Shown here: one piece after another, positions 55,434 to 64,000 of the stretch | Position numbering within the stretch: the first letter of the stretch is position 1 | How the letters are laid out: each line of letters begins with the position of its first letter | DNA from: Octopus vulgaris | Taxonomy: Eukaryota | Assembly: GCA_951406725.2 (NCBI GenBank) | Contig: OX597821.1 | Coordinates: forward strand, 73,718,001 to 73,782,000 | Length of the DNA stretch: 64,000 nt | Direction: 5' to 3' | Position numbers and translations under genes: made by a program | Notes under the pieces: model-generated | Database searches by the model: none | What the model saw: the letters and a program-made list of their open reading frames with translations, nothing else | Told to the model about the DNA's origin: nothing

Positions 55434-55679
55434 CTTTGCCTGAAAAGTCTTTTGTCTTCAGCTCTGTATGCCAAGTCATTCGCTGCCTCTTTGTTGCCTG
55501 TTAGTGGTTGGTTGGAAGGGAAAATGTGCTGTCGGCCTTTTGTGGTCGTCCCATCATCATAATAATCCAGTTCCGCCATTGAGCTGTTGTGTTGATAGCA
55601 ACCATTAAAGTTGAAAGGAAAAATTTCCAAGGCTCTCCTATCTTTCTTTGTCCAGTTTAAACCCTGTGTTTCGTATAAA
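55434..55679 (-). other. Candidate exon / short ORF in unique sequence
   Basis: Acceptor-like gttttattgcttcttatag|, weak donor aag|gtattc, 246 nt, open frame LYETQGLNW...MAELDYYDDG...EDKRLFRQR; no recognised domain. Confidence 0.2.
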
Positions 55680-56400
55680 CTATAAGAAGCAATAAAACAC
55701 AAACTATAAACAAAAGCAGAAAACACTTTCTAATCGAACACAATGACACTTTTTTTTTTCAGAATTGTTTTCCACCATTAAATTTTTTTCATCGAGCGAT
55801 GAAAATGATTCGATGTTCCGTTGTCGATTTTCATGTGAAATATTTTAGACGATAATGTTCGTCTTTCGTGCTGAGATGTTTGTATGTATGTGTGTATGTA
55901 TCTATGTGTGCATGCATGCTCACGCATACATATACACAAATATATACACATCCATATATATATATGTGTATATATGTATATGTACACACACACACATACA
56001 CACACATATATATGTATGTGTATGACTATGACGCTCTTTCCTAACCACACTCTCTTTACACGTACGCATACACATACACACACACGCAGGTATAAACAAA
56101 TATAAGTTAAGGGAAATAACTCATAATGACCATGGCATGAGTTTGGACAAAGATGTTCCACGTGTGTCAGATAAGTTCTTCATCGAAAAGAATCTTGACT
56201 GTTGTGTAAAAGGTAAGCAGTCAACTGCAGACGACTTCACCCTCCTTAATGAACAAGCTATTAAGGAGTGTACACACACACACACACACCCACACACACA
56301 CGCACGCACACACACACATGTTTATGTGGGTATATCTATCTAAATAAAAATAGATACACTGATTTCATATATATACATATATATACACACACATATATAC

Positions 56401-56441
<41 letters not shown>

Positions 56442-56485
56442 TACATACTTTATATATATATACACACACATATATATACATACTT

Positions 56486-56517
<32 letters not shown>

Positions 56518-56524
56518 TATACAT

Positions 56525-56574
<50 letters not shown>

Positions 56575-56576
56575 TG

Positions 56577-56955
56577 GCGCAGGAGTGGGTGTGTGGTAAG
56601 TAACTTGCTTACCAACCACATGGATCCGGGTTCAGTCCCACTGCGTGGCACTTTGGGCAAATGTCTTCTACTATAGCCTCGGGCCAACCAAAGCCTTGTG
56701 AGTGGATTTGGTAGACAGAAACTGAAAGAAGCCTGTCGTATATATATGTTTGTGTGTCTGTATTTGTCCCCCACCTCACCATCGCTTGGCAATCGATGTT
56801 GGTGTGTTTACGTCCCCGTAACTTAGTGGTTCGTCGAAAGAGACTGATAGAATAAATACTAGGTTTACAAAGAATAAATCTTGGGGTCGATTTCGTTCGA
56901 CTAAAGGCGGTGCTCCAGCATGGCCGCAATCAAATGGCTGAAACAAATAAAAGAA
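56577..56955 (+). mobile_element. SINE family B, full-length reference-like copy
   Basis: tRNA-like head (gtgtggtaag...gggttcagtccc), body, 3' ccagcatggccgcaatcaaatggctgaaac. Confidence 0.92.
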
Positions 56956-56959
56956 CATA

Positions 56960-57000
<41 letters not shown>

Positions 57001-58064
57001 CCGCATATACATAGCTACATGTATTTTTGAATTTATGCATGTATGTATGTGTGTGTGTGTATGTGCGTATGTCTATCTTTCTATCTAAGAATAGATCCAC
57101 ACATTGGTACGTCATACATACACAGTATGGCTGCATTATTAATACAAACACCCGAACACAATCGCTAAAATAAACAGAAGTACAGTATACACACCCATAC
57201 AGATTACTATATATAATATATAACCTGTGTGTTTGATACTCCGCTCCAGTATCTGCTGGGCAATTGTTTGTATTGTACGGTAGTCTAATTGTTGTTCCTT
57301 ATTGATCCTTAAACACATAAAGAGAAGCTATCATTATTATTATTATTATTATTATTATTGACAGAAGTACTATAGGCGTTAACAGGCTTCCATATCGTTG
57401 TGAACTCCGGCCATGAATGAAAACAAGCGGCCTTTGGTTTGTATTTTATGTGTTAGGTGTTAGTCATAAATTGCTAATACGAGTTAATGAATCTCACATT
57501 GTAGCCCCAATATGTACAGGTTGTGTTTAGCCGTTGTTTCTTAATGTTTATTGACTTCTAAATCAATTATCGTCCAATAACACTTCCCTGTATCGATTCT
57601 TCTATTTACAGACAAAGCTTATTGATTTGTCAAGACAATAATTAATTAATGTTAATCTGCACACACGAAGGGTCATATTGATAATCAACCAAAGCTTAAC
57701 TATATATATATTTATATACTGTATCGATAAACAATCACAGTTCAGCGTTTAATGATTAACAGGAGAAATAAAATGTTTAATAATTGTTTAATAATTTCTA
57801 GGTTAACGTTAAAATAGATTCAGCTAAATTTGACCGTATTTTCATAAAAGAAAGCATTTTCACACTTCCTTGTAATGAATAGTGAAGATTTGTGATGTGC
57901 TGCAAACATTACGTGAAATACTAAAATTTCTTTAATTTAAGGATGGATCATGATCAAATTATGGAAAAAGAATGAAGTCATCTGTCTGTCTGTCCGTCCT
58001 TGTGTCTGTCTGTCAATTTGTCTGTCTAGTCTATCTGCCTGTCTATCTCCCTGTTTGCCTCTAT

Positions 58065-58465
58065 CCTTTTCTACTCTAGATAAAAGGCCCGAAATGCTTT
58101 TGGGGAGGGGGCCAGTCGATTAGATCGGCCCCAGTACGCAACTGGCACATAATTTATCGACCCCGACAGGATGAAAGGCAAAGTCGACCTCGGCTGAATT
58201 TGAACTCAGAACGTTAAGACAAATGAAATACCTATTCTTTTTTACTACCCACAAGGGGCTAAACACAGAGAGGACAAACAAGGACAGACAAACGGATTAA
58301 GTCGATTATATCGACCCCAGTGCGTAACTGGTACTTATTTAATCGACCCCGAAAGGATGAAAGGCAAAGTCGACCTCGGTAGAATTTGAACTCAGAACGT
58401 AGCGGCAGACGAAATATGGCGACACATTTCGCCCAGCGTGTTAACGATTCTGCCAGCTCGCTGCC
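58065..58465 (-). mobile_element. SINE family A: head + one unit + terminal unit
   Basis: Same architecture as 5947-6532, with one fewer unit. Confidence 0.9.
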
Positions 58466-58680
58466 TGGCTGTCTCTCCGTCCGTACCTCTCCGTTCGGGA
58501 AGGAAATCACTTATGGAATAACTGTTTTGCAGAGTAAAATAGTAGACAAAACTAAAGGTATCAGTGTATGTATGAATTTATATATATATGTGTATAAATA
58601 GACAATGATGCAAATAAACAATCACGATTGCGCTTGATATAGAAAATATATAGACATCATAAATACATGTAAATAGATAT

Positions 58681-58725
<45 letters not shown>

Positions 58726-59293
58726 GAGAGAGAGAGAGAAACAAAGACTGAAAATATCCAGAAGATGAATATATATATATATGTATAGAAATTAAATATA
58801 AATTACAAAATGGGACAAGAACGCAAAACCACACAAAGAGACGGCACAAAAAAAAAAAACAAAAAAAAAACAGACGGGTCATTCGAAGCCTCTAATCTTC
58901 AGTCGGGAACCGGATTATCTTAGCAATTTCGGCTGATTAATCCTCGATATCGCTCCGATACGGCCAGCCCCAAAGAAAAACTAAGCTACGGGCATTAGAT
59001 CTCCTGGAAAGAGGATCGAATCTATACGAAACAGGGACAGGATGCCACACGAATATAAATACAAGAAACAAAAAATAGAAATAAAAAACAAGAATAGTAA
59101 TAACAGGACAAAACAGTGGGTGTCTTACGACTTCAGACAATTTTTAACTTATCTTGGCTGGCGTATTTGAAAAATGCCTTTGCGGCAAGAAATTTACAAA
59201 AACAAACAAACAAAACAAAAAAACCCAAAAGACGAAGACAGGTGTGTAAACAATAAACAGATGTATTAGTTTAACGCTCGGGAAGTGAGAAAG

Positions 59294-59331
59294 TCTTTTA
59301 CGTTTCGCGCCTACGCTCTTCGACAGAAAGG
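59294..59331 (-). ncRNA. Hammerhead-like motif, CTGTCGA core variant
   Basis: ccttt-CTGTCGA-agagcgtaggcgc-GAAAC-GTA-aaaga; same family as 2055-2092. Confidence 0.5.
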
Positions 59332-59562
59332 AACGTAGAAATAAACAGGGAGAGAAAAGAGGAAAAGTTAAAAAAAAGAGAACTGGTTGCAACTCACAAG
59401 AAACGCAGGATCACGTGAGCTTTATACGTGAACAGGAAGTGGTGTGAGGAGAAAGAAGGTAAAATAATGAAATGAGGTGAAACTGGGAAAATCGAGAGTG
59501 CGATGATAGGAAAAAATATAAGGGTTTAAGGAATTAAAAGGTTTAGGAGTAGAAGAAACAAT

Positions 59563-59865
59563 GTTAGTTAGTTAGTTAGTTAATTTGGCTCAAAAGCAAA
59601 TAGCAAGGCCATGTAGGGGGACATGGAGTTAAGTACAGGGTGGTGTTCATGTAAAGAGTTCAGGCCACTTGAGGTCCAGAGAGGCTTTGAACAAAGCGGT
59701 CGTCGGCATCTTTACCATCTCGTCTGGCAGCTTGTTCCACGGATCCGCAACCCGGACGGAGAAAGCTCCTCTCCTTCGATTGAGATGAAATCGTCGCAGG
59801 TAGAGCTTTTCGGAATGACCCCGCAGCCGACGCTCTGGAGCAGGAGTGAAGAACAGCTCTTTCGA
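59563..59865 (-). mobile_element. CR1/L2-group LINE extreme 3' end with (TAAC)n tail
   Basis: Manual translation: RLRGHSEKLYLRRFHLNRRRGAFSVRVADPWNKLPDEMVKMPTTALFKASLDLKWPELFT*. Confidence 0.85.
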
Positions 59866-60349
59866 GTTGATTCAGACCTGTCGGTAACATGGTGCCAAGT
59901 GCAAATATGAATCGTGGTTCCCCCTGTTTCCTTGAGGATTTGGATCCATGTGATATCGCACACTGATAAGTGAGAGAGGAAATGGCCCGTAGTGTTGGAG
60001 TGGGCGGCGACAGGTTGACCTAGCACATTTAGTAGTAGGCTTCATGTGTGCTCCCTAAGCAATCAGCTAGATGTCTGTCTGTTTCCCCAAAGTAAAGGGA
60101 ACAAGCCGCAAAGTTTGCATATCATGTAATACATAAGGTTAGACAATGTGCAGATAGAAATTATGAGAAATATGATGTGCGTGTCTTCGGCTCAGTGATG
60201 TTAGTAGAATCGTTGATGTAGGGACATGTGCTGCATCGTTACTGAGCGCATTTAAAAGTGTCTGGTTGTGTGAGGATGGGTACTGTGGAACTCGTTACAC
60301 GCAAATTTCCGAGGTTCTGTCCCCATCAACACAACAGGCCATTCCATCA

Positions 60350-60750
60350 CTCGTTTATTTGAAGTTGTAATTGAGGGAGGAAATGTAACGATTCTTTGGG
60401 ACTTTCCAGTACATACTGAAAGACCCATCAAAACTAAGGAGTCGTATATTGTTGTGAAAGACTTAAATAATGAAGTCTGTTTATTGATCGACACGAGTAT
60501 CTCCCATGGTCATGATATTGCAATAAAAAGAATTTGACAAGTCAAGAAAATATAAAGATTTAGTTACTGAAACCGAAAAATGTGACATCTCAAGGTTATT
60601 ACAATGCTAGAGATTTTAGGAGCACTGGGAATGATCAAAAAAGGGACTGAACATGTTTTGAGGATCATCTCTGGCTTACCATCCATGCAGGAAGTGCAAA
60701 ATACTGTTTTAATTGTTACGTCACACGTACTGAGAAGTGCATTGTGGCTG
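60350..60750 (+). pseudogene. Decayed R2/R4-group LINE restriction-like endonuclease domain
   Basis: VTILWDFPVHTERPIK...IVVKD...CLLID...KYKDL...LGALGMIKKG...GLPSMQEVQ...TSHVLRSAL. Confidence 0.75.
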
Positions 60751-60931
60751 TGAGAACGATTACAACCAATTAAATATTTTTTTTCCTTACATAACTTCAT
60801 TTGGTTTTGTAAATGATCAATCTAGTGTGTTTATTTTAAAGGCCCTAACATTGTATACAGCAAATTTCTTTGCTGTAGGTTTAGAAAAGATACTCGGCAA
60901 CAAATGGAAACAAAAGTGAAAGAAGAAGAAG

Positions 60932-60980
<49 letters not shown>

Positions 60981-60992
60981 TAATAATAATAA

Positions 60993-61281
60993 TAGAGTCA
61001 ACATTAAAAGAAGAGTGCCATTGTCATCTAGTGAAGGATATTTCGATATCTTGTGTATCTTCAATTGGTTCAAAAAATAATGTTGTCAATCTACTTCATT
61101 TTGGTTAATATAGAAAGGATTGAGTTAACTCCTCCTGAAGATAGAGAGTCAAAATTAAAAGAAGAGTGCCATTGAACCAGTTGAAGACACAGAAGACGTC
61201 GAAATAGCGTTCACTAGATAACAATGGCACTCTTCTTTTAATTTTGACTATATATCTTCTGGAGGAGTTACATCAATTCTT

Positions 61282-61290
<9 letters not shown>
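60993..61290. repeat. Nested inverted repeats between (AAT)n tracts
   Basis: 61128-61174 is inverted at 61221-61269; 60993-61073 is inverted at 61172-61252. Confidence 0.8.
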
Positions 61291-61333
<43 letters not shown>

Positions 61334-62396
61334 TAATAATAGACGCAAGGCCTGAAATTTTGAGGGTTATTCGACTATTCGGTCTAGTACTTGAATGATA
61401 CGTTATTTTATCGCCCCGACGAATAAAAGGCAAAATTGACCTGGGCAAGATTTGAACTCAGAACGTAAAGATCTAGAACAAATACCACAAGGCGGTTTTT
61501 TCCGACCATCCAACAATTCTACCAATCCACTGCCATTAACTATTTTATTATTTTTTTTACATAGACAGAGGGTCAGAGGTTTTATATGGAAGTAACAATT
61601 ATATCGGCCCGGAAAGATCAAAGTCGAAGTTGGCCGAAGCTGGATTTGAAGTCAGAACGTTAAAAGCACGAAACTAAAAAACTGAAAACATTTTCCTGGA
61701 GCGCTACCGATTCTGTAACAGCATCAGTCTGTAAAAATAATAATGTTAAACCGTAATTGTTGGTAGTTTGTAACAAGTAGAGCTGAAATCCTATCCGACT
61801 GGTGCCATGATTGAAGACAACTTTTGAAATGCATCACTGAAATTCACAGCTCAGAAAAATGTGAAGAAGTTGATGTCACACATTATTTTATAGAATTGGT
61901 AATCCGTATGAAATCACCGACACCCTCTTCTCTCGTCTTTCAAAAGAAAAGAAAAATAAAAAGAACGAAAAGAAAACAAGAAAGAAAGAAGACAAGTGGA
62001 AGCTTAATTTGGTCGTTATTGCTAAGCAAGAGGCAGTCAAATGGCAAGCCATAAGATAGCCGCTTGTAATGTTCAGTGTTTTTCTTAATGTTAGTTTGTC
62101 GTCGTCGTTGATGTTGTTGTTGTTGTTGTTGTTATATATGCTCAATCAAAATTCAATAACCATATTTGCATAATACAAGGATTAACATTCCTTTTTTTTT
62201 GTAATACTAGGCGTCTGTTCCAAACTGGTTGTTATTATGCCTGTCATCTAGTATACATACATACATACATACATACATACATACATACAAACACACATAT
62301 GCATATATATGTATGTATGTGTGTGTGTATGTGTGTTTGTGTGTGCGTGAGAGAATATACATTTATATATATTTATACATGTTCATACACACACAT

Positions 62397-62443
<47 letters not shown>

Positions 62444-62454
62444 GTATGTATGTA

Positions 62455-62500
<46 letters not shown>

Positions 62501-63489
62501 CACACGTATGTATGTATGTGTATATATATATATATATACACGCGTGTATGTATGCTGCCAAAAATGATTACATGGTATTCAATTAAGCGGAATAATTCGG
62601 CCAGGCGGAGTTGAGTAATTTTAAATTCAAAAATGTATCTTCACAGGTCGCCACTCCGAGTTTCGCACTGTCACTCTCGTCAGATGATGTGGAACTATAA
62701 ATACATAGCTTTGATTAAAAATTACACACGCACATACATACGCAGACAGAAACATAAACACACAAACACACACGTACACACGCACATGTAACGTTACATG
62801 TTCTATGTAAAATAACTGCAGTGGACTCAAATGATAAAAGGAAGCGGAATGTCAGCGAAAAGCAAATATTTTCCAACAGGCAGAACGCCATAACTTTTCG
62901 GAAACGAGGTTTAGTATTTGCTTGGGATTTCATTTTGAGCGTTGGGGAGAGACAAACGTAAAGATTTGAACTAAGAACTTAATTTGATTGAGTTAAATAC
63001 CACAAGGTTTTTGGTCCCATTTGCTTCATTTACTGTACTCTCCATCTTTCTAGGATCACGAAAAGCAGACATCATCATCTTCTTAATGAAGATGCTACTA
63101 ATACTGATAATTTCTAACAGACACAAGGGCAAACACCGGAAGAAAGCCGCAGCAGACAGGTATAGCAATTTCAGCAGGATAAAATGTGATGCTTCTGCCT
63201 GCGGTCCAAAGATCCAACTGGCATGTATTACGAATTCCTCACTGGGAGAGCAAGTGCATCGCTCAATGCGGACGCACTAGTCGAAGTCGTCATTCGTTAT
63301 TGAGGTGTAAGGTTGATGTTCAAAGTTTCAGTGAGAATATAAGTTCACATGTGGTTTCTGGTCACATGCCTATACACTTTGGGATAGTATGGTACGTAGC
63401 GGCCGTCCACTGACGACCGCCGGAGAGGATTTGTTGACCAACTCACTGCCGATTATCGGAACGGATGAAGTGTGGGTTCGAAGCGAGTG

Positions 63490-63534
<45 letters not shown>

Positions 63535-63567
63535 TATATACATCTGTGACAATTATTCGGTAGCGAT

Positions 63568-63628
63568 GATAAAACTCCGAGTTTTGGATGTCGGGGCGGA
63601 AAATCACGCCGGTATCTCTTCGGTTGTC
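63568..63628 (-). ncRNA. Decayed hammerhead motif in a dispersed repeat also seen at ~46100-46220
   Basis: gacaa-CCGAAGA-gat..gg...cc..atc-c-AAAA-ctc-g-gag-TT-ttatc; two core changes. Confidence 0.4.
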
Positions 63629-64000
63629 GGGCCATCGAAAAAATGCTATGAAAATGACCATTAAAATAAAGGGAAATTACTGCGTGATTGATCTTTATTA
63701 AGACAAAAGAGCTATTAGAATGACAGCTAAGTAAGGGGAGGGAGTAAAGGTGAGTAAAAATGTTCAGAGTATTCGCGTAAGTGCGCATGTCCATACTTAC
63801 ACATGCGCGCCCGCACACCCAGGTACATGCGCCTATAAGTATATACTCATCCACCGTCACTTGAAACACACTTGCTCACCCACACATTCGCCCAAAAAAT
63901 ATATACATACCCGCATGTGTATATATATATATATAATTGTGAACCTTTGTCCCGGTTTGAAAAGGAAATCCGAGCCTTCAAGTAAGTTGGGGCAGGTTCC

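Noticed and set aside
63054-63160. Possible plus-strand exon after ctttctag
   Set aside because: Weak donor and no recognisable product in any frame.

Overview
AT-rich, microsatellite-saturated eukaryotic DNA, apparently intronic or intergenic. The repeat content (tRNA-derived SINEs, CR1/RTE/Tx1/R4-type LINE relics, mariners, very long (TA)n/(CA)n/(TATC)n tracts) looks like a coleoid cephalopod (Octopus-like) genome; this is inference, not a database match. I found no convincing host protein-coding gene. Most ORFs in the track are microsatellite translations, and the only clearly protein-derived segments are transposon relics. These are a full-length DD34D mariner with two frameshifts (27179-28470), an older mariner, a DD37D-type Tc1/mariner, several LINE fragments, and a Penelope-like element (PLE) C-terminus with GIY-YIG endonuclease (54044-54516). 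The most interesting signal is RNA-level: about a dozen type-I minimal hammerhead-ribozyme motifs from several unrelated sequence families. One family is a module of tRNA-like Pol III head + (AAT/AAC)n spacer + hammerhead. It sits directly behind the PLE endonuclease ORF and also occurs twice as head-to-head ~570-bp palindromic dimers bounded by 13-bp target-site duplications, suggesting a non-autonomous ribozyme-bearing element mobilised by a Penelope-like partner. Other oddities are SINE concatemers with a 184-bp internal period and many foldback structures. Coordinates of decayed repeats are approximate.
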